From positions 92,127-156,126 of the IMG/VR virus record IMGVR_UViG_3300024346_006511: a stretch of DNA of 64,000 bases. The stretch is one strand, 5' to 3'. The position numbers and the translations under genes were made by a program. The notes under the pieces were generated by a model. It ran no database searches. It saw only the letters and a program-made list of their open reading frames with translations, and was not told where the DNA came from. This document shows, piece after piece, positions 1 to 8,456 of the stretch; position 1 is the stretch's first letter; each line of letters begins with the position of its first letter. The stretch is from a virus.

Positions 1-1833
1 TTCGGCCTGTGTAGTTACATTTCCTGTTAAAGCTGCTTCTCTTAATTTATTTAAGTTTAACTGTTTACCGAGCATCATCTCAGTAGTCATTTCATCAGTT
101 AAACTTTTCTGGAAGTCTGTTGTTGATTCAGATGCAGCTCTTATGTCCTCCATTGACATACCTAACGATCTTGCTGCTGCAGCGGCTGCTGCTAATGCTC
201 CAGGTTGTTTCCCTATGCCTCTTAAAGTTGTGGCAGAGGCTTTACCTATATCTTCAAAAATAGCTTTAGTACTTATAGAGACGTTATTCATCTCATTAAA
301 CCTAGCTACTCCTGCTGTGACTGCATCAACAGTCTCAGTCATTGTCTTTTTATTCGCTGCTGAATTTTTAACTATATGAGCTACGGCATCAACAGATACT
401 CCGTATTTATTTGCTAACTTAATAGCTTGTTCTGTAGTTTCTTTGGTAAAGTCTAAAGACGTACCAAGAGAATCATTTATTCCTGCTATTGTAGCGGCAG
501 CTTCATTTAAAGGTACACTAAATTTTCCGGCTGCTGCAGAAACTCGACTCATCTGAGCTTGCATATTTACCATCGATCCAGCAACGCTCTTATTTAATGT
601 TACTACAGCTTCAGAAGACTTTTTGGCTCCATCAACTGCTAAAGAAATGAATGCTGTTAATGCAGCTGTAAGTCCTGCAAATACAAATCCTCCAAAAGCT
701 TTTCTAACCGCTTCTCCTGCTCCTTTTCCTTCTGCTTTTAGTGTTTTAAACTTCTTAGAAGCCTCCGATATACCACCAGTTAAGAAGCTAATTGCGCTAC
801 CTATAATAGGTATACCAGATGCAGCAGCTCCAAATTTCTCAAATGCTTCTATAAATTTTGGAGTGGCATTATTTACTTTTTCTATTTCAGTAGATAATCC
901 TTGAGCATAGTTTAAACCATTTTCTATCTCTTGAGCTGCTTTGCTAAGGTTTTCAACCATCATATCAGTGGTAATTACCTGAGCTGATAAGTCTTCTTGC
1001 TGTTCTTCTAATGCTTCTGCTACTGCTTTTTCTACCTTAAGCTTATCTTCTGCCGATTTTACTACGTTGGAAGCGTCAGTTTTCATTTTTTCAGCAGCTT
1101 CCATTTGCTCCGATTGAGCTTTTATATTATCTTGTTCAGCAGCTAGCTGTGCTTTTTTCTGATTTATTATTTTAACTAACTCACCTTGTGTTGCTTTTGC
1201 CCCTTTTGATTGTTCAAAAGCTTTTAATCCTTCCTTGCTGGATAGTAAAGCTATTTGCTTTGATAAGTCTTCACTCTTCTTTTGAGATTCAAATGCTGCA
1301 TCAGAAGCTGTTTTTCGTTGAGCCTCCGCATCTTTAGATATGTCTTTTTGTTGTTGTTTAGCAGCTATAACTTGTTCTTCAGCTAAAACAACTTGTTTAA
1401 TCTGTTCTAAAAGAGATACCTCATTCGCGTATAATTCTCGACCGAGTACTTCTGCTCTTTCTGCTAGCTCGGCTTTTTGTGCCTGTACTGATGCTTGTTC
1501 TGCTTCAGCTTTGAGTACCTGTTTTTCAAAAGCATTACGTGTTTTTGTATCTTTTAGCTGGTTCGTAGTAAAACCAGAAAGTTTTTTAGCAAGATCAATA
1601 TTATCTTTATATGATTTACTAAAGTTTTTTACTTGTCCTGCTATCTCATTACTAGACTTAACTGCGCGTTCGGCGAAGACAGCATCGGCTGCTCCAAGAT
1701 TCTTAAAGGCACCAGCTAACCCTTCAAGAGCTGCTTTAGCTTGCGCTCCTTCCCTATTGATCATTTTTAATTGATCTATACGTGCTTGTGTAGCTCCTTC
1801 GTTACCTTGTAGGGGATCTTTTTCTTCCGCCAT
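1..1833 (-). CDS. Tape measure protein, N-terminal part (runs off window start; missing from ORF track)
   Basis: ATG at 1833-1831 gives MAEEKDPLQGNEGATQARIDQLKMINREG...; Ala/Gln/Lys-rich helical frame apparently open to base 1; canonical position after tube and chaperone genes. Confidence 0.8.
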   Translation of the reverse strand, partial: MAEEKDPLQGNEGATQARIDQLKMINREGAQAKAALEGLAGAFKNLGAADAVFAERAVKSSNEIAGQVKNFSKSYKDNIDLAKKLSGFTTNQLKDTKTRNAFEKQVLKAEAEQASVQAQKAELAERAEVLGRELYANEVSLLEQIKQVVLAEEQVIAAKQQQKDISKDAEAQRKTASDAAFESQKKSEDLSKQIALLSSKEGLKAFEQSKGAKATQGELVKIINQKKAQLAAEQDNIKAQSEQMEAAEKMKTDASNVVKSAEDKLKVEKAVAEALEEQQEDLSAQVITTDMMVENLSKAAQEIENGLNYAQGLSTEIEKVNNATPKFIEAFEKFGAAASGIPIIGSAISFLTGGISEASKKFKTLKAEGKGAGEAVRKAFGGFVFAGLTAALTAFISLAVDGAKKSSEAVVTLNKSVAGSMVNMQAQMSRVSAAAGKFSVPLNEAAATIAGINDSLGTSLDFTKETTEQAIKLANKYGVSVDAVAHIVKNSAANKKTMTETVDAVTAGVARFNEMNNVSISTKAIFEDIGKASATTLRGIGKQPGALAAAAAAARSLGMSMEDIRAASESTTDFQKSLTDEMTTEMMLGKQLNLNKLREAALTGNVTTQAE

Positions 1834-1849
1834 TTACCTATGAGTTTAA

Positions 1850-1857
1850 TATAAATA
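1850..1857 (-). promoter_or_regulatory. Putative late promoter TATTTATA (tape measure)
   Basis: Recurrent intergenic motif, ~17 nt before ATG. Confidence 0.7.
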
Positions 1858-1861
1858 GCAA

Positions 1862-1884
1862 AGGCTCCTAATTATTTAGAAGCC
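1862..1884 (-). terminator. Hairpin GGCTTCTAA-ATAA-TTAGGAGCC with short T tail at the end of the frameshifted ORF
   Basis: Inverted repeat seen directly; weak U-tract. Confidence 0.45.
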
Positions 1885-2141
1885 GTTGTGCTATAGGATG
1901 GAGAAATATCCGGTCCTTTTGGTCTATTATCTGTGGTTTGTTGTTGAGCGCTTTCGTTTTCTTCGTTTTGCTCTTTATACCACTCGTTAATATAGTTGAA
2001 AGTTAATCTTCTTAACCATATCGGCATGTTATACACAGTATGCCAGTCATAGCCACCTTTACCATGAAATACTATGTCGTGTATTTGCCGAAATAATCTG
2101 CTTCGCGTTTCCGCAGCAGCGTTAGGCGTCAGGCCAAAAAA
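1872..2141 (-). CDS. Tail assembly chaperone C-terminal extension (lambda gpT / T4-like gp51 analogue), probably reached by a frameshift from the upstream ORF
   Basis: Hand translation FFGLTPNAAAETRSRLFRQIHDIVFHGKGGYDWHTVYNMPIWLRRLTFNYINEWYKEQ...TTASK*; no ATG until 2027; frame bounded upstream by TGA at 2153-2151. Confidence 0.75.
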   Translation of the reverse strand, partial: FFGLTPNAAAETRSRLFRQIHDIVFHGKGGYDWHTVYNMPIWLRRLTFNYINEWYKEQNEENESAQQQTTDNRPKGPDISPSYSTTASK

Positions 2142-2886
2142 AGTTGATCGTCACAGGGACGTCGATGTCCTCCCCAACACCGTCTTCATCCACATGGTAG
2201 ACTTTAAATTCAACATCTGGTTGTACTCTTGCGTATTCTTCTCTCAATGCTCTTGCATCTTGAGCTAATAGCCCTTGGTCAACAAACTGTCTTATTGTAG
2301 ATACCTCTCTATCTCCATTTACTGAAGTAATAATGTACTTCATTCTAGTTGATAGTGTAGCGCTACTTTCTCTGTTGATTTTCTTTAGTCCTTCTACTTC
2401 TCTGTCAATGTTTTTATCATCTCCATGAGTAAGAAGTTTAAAAGTTACTTCATTACCACTTTTAGGTAGTCCAAAAGTAAACTCTCTCTGTCCTTGTTCA
2501 AGACTATCGAAATCTAACTCTTTATCTTTGATTTCAGTTAAATCAACTGTAATATCTTTACCGTTATATTGAATATCGTAATCTTTACCGTAAGATAATA
2601 TACGTGCTGCAACCATAATTGCATTTTTGTCTCCAATAAGTAAATCGTTGTAGTTGAAATCTGATACGATTAGTGATTGTAATAACTTATCAATTACTAC
2701 TCCTTTTTCAATGTAGTTTTGATTCGTTAAGATATCTTCCTCTTTGGCAGTCATATACTTCATTTCGACTTTACCACTGGCCAGAGGGTGATCGGATGGG
2801 TATAACTTACCTTTAGATGGAATGTCTACCTGTTCGGTAGGGATTTGAAATTTAGGCTTTTCTGCCTTTTTTACTTGATTTTCCAT
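2122..2886 (-). CDS. Tail/baseplate-hub assembly chaperone (T4 gp26-like, lambda gpG position)
   Basis: LPSKG-like motif IPSKGKLY, MTAKEEDIL, C-terminal FFWP; lies between tube and tape measure. Confidence 0.75.
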   Translation of the reverse strand: MENQVKKAEKPKFQIPTEQVDIPSKGKLYPSDHPLASGKVEMKYMTAKEEDILTNQNYIEKGVVIDKLLQSLIVSDFNYNDLLIGDKNAIMVAARILSYGKDYDIQYNGKDITVDLTEIKDKELDFDSLEQGQREFTFGLPKSGNEVTFKLLTHGDDKNIDREVEGLKKINRESSATLSTRMKYIITSVNGDREVSTIRQFVDQGLLAQDARALREEYARVQPDVEFKVYHVDEDGVGEDIDVPVTINFFWPDA

Positions 2887-2915
2887 AAATTATTAATAAT
2901 TAGAACTAGTTTATA

Positions 2916-2923
2916 TATAAATA
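2916..2923 (-). promoter_or_regulatory. Putative late promoter TATTTATA (tail chaperone)
   Basis: Directly after the tube terminator, ~30 nt before ATG. Confidence 0.75.
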
Positions 2924-2957
2924 TACGAATATAAACTTTTAGAAACAACTATAAACT

Positions 2958-2982
2958 AAAAAAAAGCCCCACAAGGGGGCTT
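2958..2982 (-). terminator. Rho-independent terminator after tail tube gene
   Basis: AAGCCCC-CTTGT-GGGGCTT stem followed by a T run on the minus strand. Confidence 0.85.
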
Positions 2983-3009
2983 CTTAATATATAATAAAGT
3001 ATTTTATTC

Positions 3010-3495
3010 CTAGTAATTCAATATACAGTAATCCATGTTGATTGTAATTCCTAAATCAACTACTGCATCAGAAGACCAGTCAAATTGACCAAAGTCTCCG
3101 TTTGTAACGAATGCACCTTTAATGATCCATTCTCCAATTACGTCCCCTACAGGACCTAATACGTTAAGAGTTAAATCTTTTTTGTAGAAATCTGAATATC
3201 CAGCTCTACCAGTTACTGATTCGTATCCTAGTCTTGCCCATTCCATTACGGCTTGTGCTCCACTTGGAGTTATCGGATCGTATAGAGTCATAGTCATCTC
3301 TGCCCATTCTCTCTTTCCTCTAATTTTTCTGTATGAATTTATATGGTCTAGCTTTACTACGTTGTCTGTAAACGTAGGTGCTTTGACGTTTTTTATCATG
3401 AATGATGGAATTGCATCAATATACATGATAAATCTGTTTTGGACTTTCGGTTCGAAAGCTCTGAACATTATTTCGTTAGGATCTAATACTGCCAT
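3010..3495 (-). CDS. gp19: Tail tube protein (T4 gp19-like)
   Basis: FEPKVQNRF, W..MTMTLYD, EWIIKGAF motifs; directly after sheath. Confidence 0.88.
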   Translation of the reverse strand: MAVLDPNEIMFRAFEPKVQNRFIMYIDAIPSFMIKNVKAPTFTDNVVKLDHINSYRKIRGKREWAEMTMTLYDPITPSGAQAVMEWARLGYESVTGRAGYSDFYKKDLTLNVLGPVGDVIGEWIIKGAFVTNGDFGQFDWSSDAVVDLGITINMDYCILNY

Positions 3496-3511
3496 TTTAT
3501 GTTATCTTTAT

Positions 3512-3519
3512 TATAAATA
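3512..3519 (-). promoter_or_regulatory. Putative late promoter TATTTATA (tail tube)
   Basis: Recurrent motif. Confidence 0.7.
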
Positions 3520-3533
3520 TTCAACTTTTAAAT

Positions 3534-5276
3534 TTATTCACCTAATGTTGCACCTGTTGGTAAGATTACGAAATCAAGTGTAATGAATTCCGCTGTTTTT
3601 GCAGGCTGAATAAATATCTGCCCTACCAATTGGTTTCTGTCAATTACGTCTGCGGTGTTATTCGTGTCGTCCATTACTACTCTGTAAGCATAAAGACCTT
3701 GTCTCTGTACCACTGATTCTAAGTAAGGATTAACGTTAGACAAGAATGTATTTCTTGTTGCAATTGTATTTTGTTCGAATACTAATGATTTAGCTTGATC
3801 TCCTAAGAATTTCTTAAGGTCAATTAATAGTCTTCTAACATTTACTCTATCTAGTGCTGATTTTTTCTTCTGTAATGTCTTTTGACCGAATACTGATATT
3901 CCACTTCCTGGGAATGTAGCGATTGGGTTAACATTAGCACTATATAATGTATCTCTTTGAGATCTAGTTAATTTTCTTTCTGCTTGAATTACATCTGATA
4001 TTCCACCTCTAGTTAAACCAGCTGGTGCAAACCATGGTGCTGCAGCTCCGTCAGTGAATGTATATACACCTGGAATTACAACTGAGGCAGGAACGAACTC
4101 TAACTTGCCAGTTGAAGACTGCATTTGTAGCCAAGGCCAGTAAGTAGCTGCATAAGAACTATTAACTGATGCTGCATTTCCTGCTGCATTAGATACTGAA
4201 GTTCCATATGAAGATAAATCTACTACTGCAATATTGTCTCCTCTATTAGATGCTAATGAAATAACTGCATCTAATTGAGTTTTATGATCTCCGAATGAAT
4301 AAATTAATCCTGGAGCAGAAACGATATTGAAAACGTATTCGTCTTGGTTAGTTAAAATTGAAATAGCATCCGAATAATCTGCTGCTTCTAAACCTTGTGT
4401 ATTTCCAGCTGAAATTTCTGAGAAATGTTTGTTAGGTTCAGTTGACTGATATAAATTACCTGCTGCTCCGTGGAAAGATCCAGAAGATGCTACCGGTAAA
4501 GAACCAGTGTATGCTGCTGTTCTTACTGAAACTCCATCGTTAGCTAAGTAATTAAGTGTTTGTCTGTCTACAGATGCTACTCTAATGTAGTTAGATCTGT
4601 TTACATATGATCCTTTTGTAGAGATATAAGTCTGTCCACCATCTACTGATTTAGACTTATACTGATCTCCAATAATTTTAGCAACGTATCCTTCTGAATT
4701 AGGATCTAAACTAAGATCGTTGAATGATTCAAGTACTGTCTTTTGACTTAAATTATCATCTCCTCTTCTGATCAATAATGAGAATGTACCGTTCTTTGCG
4801 TCAACGTTACCGATTTCCCATCTAATATTTTCTGCGCTTCCGTCAACTAGTGACCCGTCGCTATTTTGTGCTCCTGCATCTCCTGCTCCTGTAGAGTTAT
4901 TAAGTATAGCTCCTTTTCCTAAAGTTTGGATAGTGAATGGCGCTGTACCTGCATCTGCTGAAGCGATTGTAGAGTTAGAAGCTCCAGTGAAGGAACCGTT
5001 TACTACTCTAGTAATCAATGCTGAGTTACCTCCTTGCTCAAAGTAGGACTTAACTGCTAGTGAGGTTAAAAATTCGTATTTGTTAGAACCAGACTCGAAA
5101 GTAACACCAAATTTGCTTTGGTAGCTACCGTATGAAGTAACCACTGTTGGTTCTTCTACTGGTCCGATTACTGTTGGCCCTATAAAAGCTGCACCAGCTT
5201 CTAATGGAGCGGGAGCAATAAAAGATCTATCTTGCTCTCTTGATAGTACCCCTGGGGAGATTAATGATTCTGCCAT
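3534..5276 (-). CDS. gp18: Tail sheath protein (T4 gp18-like)
   Basis: SPGV N-terminus, PWFAPAG.TRG, FGQKTL, RVNVRRL, FEQN, QPAKTAEFI motifs. Confidence 0.95.
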   Translation of the reverse strand: MAESLISPGVLSREQDRSFIAPAPLEAGAAFIGPTVIGPVEEPTVVTSYGSYQSKFGVTFESGSNKYEFLTSLAVKSYFEQGGNSALITRVVNGSFTGASNSTIASADAGTAPFTIQTLGKGAILNNSTGAGDAGAQNSDGSLVDGSAENIRWEIGNVDAKNGTFSLLIRRGDDNLSQKTVLESFNDLSLDPNSEGYVAKIIGDQYKSKSVDGGQTYISTKGSYVNRSNYIRVASVDRQTLNYLANDGVSVRTAAYTGSLPVASSGSFHGAAGNLYQSTEPNKHFSEISAGNTQGLEAADYSDAISILTNQDEYVFNIVSAPGLIYSFGDHKTQLDAVISLASNRGDNIAVVDLSSYGTSVSNAAGNAASVNSSYAATYWPWLQMQSSTGKLEFVPASVVIPGVYTFTDGAAAPWFAPAGLTRGGISDVIQAERKLTRSQRDTLYSANVNPIATFPGSGISVFGQKTLQKKKSALDRVNVRRLLIDLKKFLGDQAKSLVFEQNTIATRNTFLSNVNPYLESVVQRQGLYAYRVVMDDTNNTADVIDRNQLVGQIFIQPAKTAEFITLDFVILPTGATLGE

Positions 5277-5305
5277 TGTATCTTAAATTAGATTATTCGT
5301 TCTCT

Positions 5306-5313
5306 TATAAATA
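5306..5313 (-). promoter_or_regulatory. Putative late promoter TATTTATA (sheath, proximal)
   Basis: Recurrent motif. Confidence 0.7.
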
Positions 5314-5362
5314 TCGTTAGTAAATCGAAAACAGATCTGCCTGTTCGTATGATATTAACATT

Positions 5363-5370
5363 TATAAATA
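5363..5370 (-). promoter_or_regulatory. Putative late promoter TATTTATA (sheath, distal)
   Basis: Second copy in the same spacer. Confidence 0.6.
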
Positions 5371-5422
5371 GGAAAAGAAAGTTGAAAACCTACTAAGATA
5401 AAAATGTAAGTTAAAAAAGTTT

Positions 5423-5677
5423 TTACTTAAGGGAGTTAAACTCTCCAGTTTCTAGATTTACTGTACCTTTTCCGTACTTTTCTTCTAGTGATTTTGATAA
5501 GTTAACTTCTTCATTTCTTAACTTAGCTAAGAAGTCTTCTGCTCTTTCTTGTCTAGCTTCTATATCTAAATTAATTATACCTATTCTCCCGAATTCTTCG
5601 ACGATAGCTATATTTTTTGTTTTAATGTTTTCAAGTGCTTGAATTTCTTCTTGTGCTAATTTAGTTTTTTTTGCCAT
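5423..5677 (-). CDS. Small coiled-coil hypothetical protein
   Basis: 84 aa; ends LEEKYGKGTVNLETGEF; TAATG-coupled to upstream gene. Confidence 0.7.
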   Translation of the reverse strand: MAKKTKLAQEEIQALENIKTKNIAIVEEFGRIGIINLDIEARQERAEDFLAKLRNEEVNLSKSLEEKYGKGTVNLETGEFNSLK

Positions 5678-6312
5678 TACATTTTATTATTAGGTATGAT
5701 TAAATCTGTATCTACTATTATTGGCGTTTTATTATTACTAAACCACTCAGTCCAAAATATACTTCCTTCGTATTCTTTTCCGTACTTCTGTTCTAACGTG
5801 TTATCTAGTTTATACATAGACGCCTCTATATCATTTAATATAAGAAAGTTTTTTTTAAAAGCCAACGAATGACCAGAAAATAATCTTTCATCTATATTCT
5901 TATAGTATACTGAGCCATATAAACAGTCTTCTCTGTTGTAGTCTTTTAATAAAGGTCTCGTAGCTAGTTTAGCTTTATTAAAGTATTTCTGTGTATCACC
6001 TTTAAATTCAATCTTATCTCCTATCAAGTTAGGTTTAAATTTTACTATCTTGTCGTATATATCTATATTAGGTATAAGATCTAACGCTCTATAAGTTGAA
6101 TAAAAATAAGAATAAAGCTTTTTTTCGTACTTAGGAGGATCTACATAACATATCATCTTATTAGTATACTTCCTATATCTTTCAAGTTTATTTAACCATC
6201 TTGTATTATCTCTATCATTCCAGGTATGAACATATAAGTCATTACCTTTAATAAATGGAATTATATTATCGGACAGATCTTTTAAGTAACCTGAGATAAT
6301 TACTGCTTCCAT
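5677..6312 (-). CDS. Hypothetical protein, possibly glycosyltransferase-like
   Basis: 211 aa; AVIISG...LYVHTW and YDKIVKF segments; cluster context. Confidence 0.45.
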   Translation of the reverse strand: MEAVIISGYLKDLSDNIIPFIKGNDLYVHTWNDRDNTRWLNKLERYRKYTNKMICYVDPPKYEKKLYSYFYSTYRALDLIPNIDIYDKIVKFKPNLIGDKIEFKGDTQKYFNKAKLATRPLLKDYNREDCLYGSVYYKNIDERLFSGHSLAFKKNFLILNDIEASMYKLDNTLEQKYGKEYEGSIFWTEWFSNNKTPIIVDTDLIIPNNKM

Positions 6313-7253
6313 GTTTTCATGTCATTGTCATACGCTTGGTACCCTTTATTGAATATCTTAGAAGGGTAATTTTTGTAAGGTAATTGAAGGTGTTTGTTTT
6401 TATTCCAGCTAGACCCGTAACCAAATAAACGATATTGGGGTTTTTCATTTTTTGCTAATTTATCAAAATCTAGATCAGGTTCGCAAAATACATCTTCAAT
6501 GTCTTTGAGGTATTTACTCATCTGTTCTGTGTATAAATTAGTTCCATTTAAATTTAACTCTTTATCTAAATACTTTGCGAATGCTAAATGTTGTGTTGTA
6601 GAAGGATGTGTTTCGTCTTGTCTCTTTCCAGGACCTTCATAATAGTAGTGAGGACGTTCCATAGGTACTCCCCATATAAATTCTTCTACACTTGACAATG
6701 CTTTTGCTTTATTAAAAGCTTCTTTTAGTTTTTCAAATGGATAATATTCTTTTATATAGTCTATATCTTTATTAAAGAAGCTAGTTGAGTATGGTTCTCC
6801 GTAAAAAAGAGAAATCCAAGGGTCTAACATATTAAAGGTAGCAAACTTACATTTAAGGTGCCTGCTAACATCTTTTACTGCTCTTACATAATTAATAAGT
6901 TTATATGCTTCGGCAACTAAATTAAAGTATTTATCGACAACTTTAAGAGGAATATCTTCTTGGTATTCTAAAGTACCTGGAGTTCTAAAGTATATGTCAT
7001 GTCCGTGAATATGGTCCCATCTAGTTATACCTGACCATTGAACTATCACAGTATCGTTCTCAGTAAACTCGTATTTGCTTAGTAAGTGAACAGCAGTATT
7101 AAAGATATATGTGTTTCCTGCGCCTGAAGCTGCTGCATTAATTGTTTCATCAAAGTCTGCTCCTAGAATATCTGCATATGTAGGATAAGCATATTTAGAG
7201 TAACTACATCCGACAATGAACAGTCTTTTCTTATTGTAATCTTGTATTGCCAT
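6300..7253 (-). CDS. SGNH/GDSL-fold protein (acyl esterase or transferase)
   Basis: GCSY block I, G.GN block II, DETHP block V. Confidence 0.65.
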   Translation of the reverse strand: MAIQDYNKKRLFIVGCSYSKYAYPTYADILGADFDETINAAASGAGNTYIFNTAVHLLSKYEFTENDTVIVQWSGITRWDHIHGHDIYFRTPGTLEYQEDIPLKVVDKYFNLVAEAYKLINYVRAVKDVSRHLKCKFATFNMLDPWISLFYGEPYSTSFFNKDIDYIKEYYPFEKLKEAFNKAKALSSVEEFIWGVPMERPHYYYEGPGKRQDETHPSTTQHLAFAKYLDKELNLNGTNLYTEQMSKYLKDIEDVFCEPDLDFDKLAKNEKPQYRLFGYGSSWNKNKHLQLPYKNYPSKIFNKGYQAYDNDMKTWKQ

Positions 7254-8400
7254 AGTGCACCACCTCTATTGATTCATCTTTAGCAGTATATGATCTCCAT
7301 GGATCTAATACTATAGACCCTTCGGGGAATTCATAATCATGATGCTTGCCCATATGTCCTAATAGGTACACCGCTTTGTAGGGTACTGGTTGATCATATT
7401 CTGGTACAATACCTTGTTCAGCACAGAAATGACCTGTAAGTATTGATGTAGAGCCATCTTCATAGTCAACATCTGGTTTGTATGCTTTACCTAAAATTAT
7501 AATTGGTAACTGAGCATTCTTTGCTAAGGTTACTAGTTTATCAGCTAGATTCTTTGCTTGTTTTTCTCTAGCATTCATAATAGCATCGAATAAGTCATAT
7601 CCTATGTCTAAGTTTTCTGCCATATACCTTAGTGCAATATTGTCTCTAGGATGGCAACCTCCTCCATCTCCCATTCCTGCTTTCATATAGGAAGGACCTA
7701 ATATCCTTTGTGTAGATCTTTCGAGTGCGCCTGTTATTACATCTACATTAATATTACCTGATTTTTCAGCTACATCTTGTATCATATTAACTAAAGCTAC
7801 TTTAGTAGATATAAATGTATTGTAGAATATTTTTATTCCTTCTGCTTCATCCCAAGTACCTATTTCATATCTAGTACCTTCGGTAATAAATGTATGATAG
7901 AAATCTAAAAGTAATTTAGCATCTCCTGTTGTAGAACCGTCTTCTGTTCCAATAATAATCATTTCAGGGTTAACCATATCCCATTTTACTGTTCCCATAG
8001 CAATTAAGTATGGGTTATAGATAAACCTACCATTAGGAATTAAATCTATAAAATCTCTTCGTATTGTACCTGGTAAAACTGTAGATATAAGTACTACTAG
8101 TTGTTCCCTGTTAACGTGTTTATTTACTTCTGTAAGTACGTCTTTAACTATTTGGTAGTTAAAATCTTTATTAGGTAAATGTGCTGTAGGGTACCTACCG
8201 TCATAGTCTGGGTGATGAGGTGTTGGTACAGCAATAAAGATAAGTTGTCGATCTTGACATGCGTCTTTAATCGAAGGTACCATTTTAAAATTTTCAGGGG
8301 ATACTGTATTAATATCGTAACCTATTACGTCATGTTTTTCAGCCATGACTTCGGCTGATTCTTTACCGAGTTTGCCAACTCCTATAAATCCTATTTTCAT
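7231..8400 (-). CDS. ugd: UDP-glucose/GDP-mannose 6-dehydrogenase family
   Basis: GxGxxG (GVGKLG), AVPTP, ISTVLPGT, catalytic GGGCHPRD, GKAYKP. Confidence 0.9.
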   Translation of the reverse strand: MKIGFIGVGKLGKESAEVMAEKHDVIGYDINTVSPENFKMVPSIKDACQDRQLIFIAVPTPHHPDYDGRYPTAHLPNKDFNYQIVKDVLTEVNKHVNREQLVVLISTVLPGTIRRDFIDLIPNGRFIYNPYLIAMGTVKWDMVNPEMIIIGTEDGSTTGDAKLLLDFYHTFITEGTRYEIGTWDEAEGIKIFYNTFISTKVALVNMIQDVAEKSGNINVDVITGALERSTQRILGPSYMKAGMGDGGGCHPRDNIALRYMAENLDIGYDLFDAIMNAREKQAKNLADKLVTLAKNAQLPIIILGKAYKPDVDYEDGSTSILTGHFCAEQGIVPEYDQPVPYKAVYLLGHMGKHHDYEFPEGSIVLDPWRSYTAKDESIEVVHYGNTRLQ

Positions 8401-8434
8401 TGAAACTGTATTAATCTGTTATAACAATATATGA

Positions 8435-8442
8435 TATAAATA
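8435..8442 (-). promoter_or_regulatory. Putative late promoter TATTTATA (UDP-sugar dehydrogenase)
   Basis: Only copy seen inside the glycan cluster. Confidence 0.65.
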
Positions 8443-8456
8443 GCTAAAAAGCAACT

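Noticed and set aside
143-1774. Plus-strand ORFs 143-379, 623-904 and 1340-1774
   Set aside because: Antisense shadows of the tape measure gene, which the ORF track missed because it runs off the window
1872-2027. Independent 51-aa gene starting at MPIWLRR
   Set aside because: Possible, but it would drop 36 upstream in-frame codons that look coding; the frameshift model explains them better
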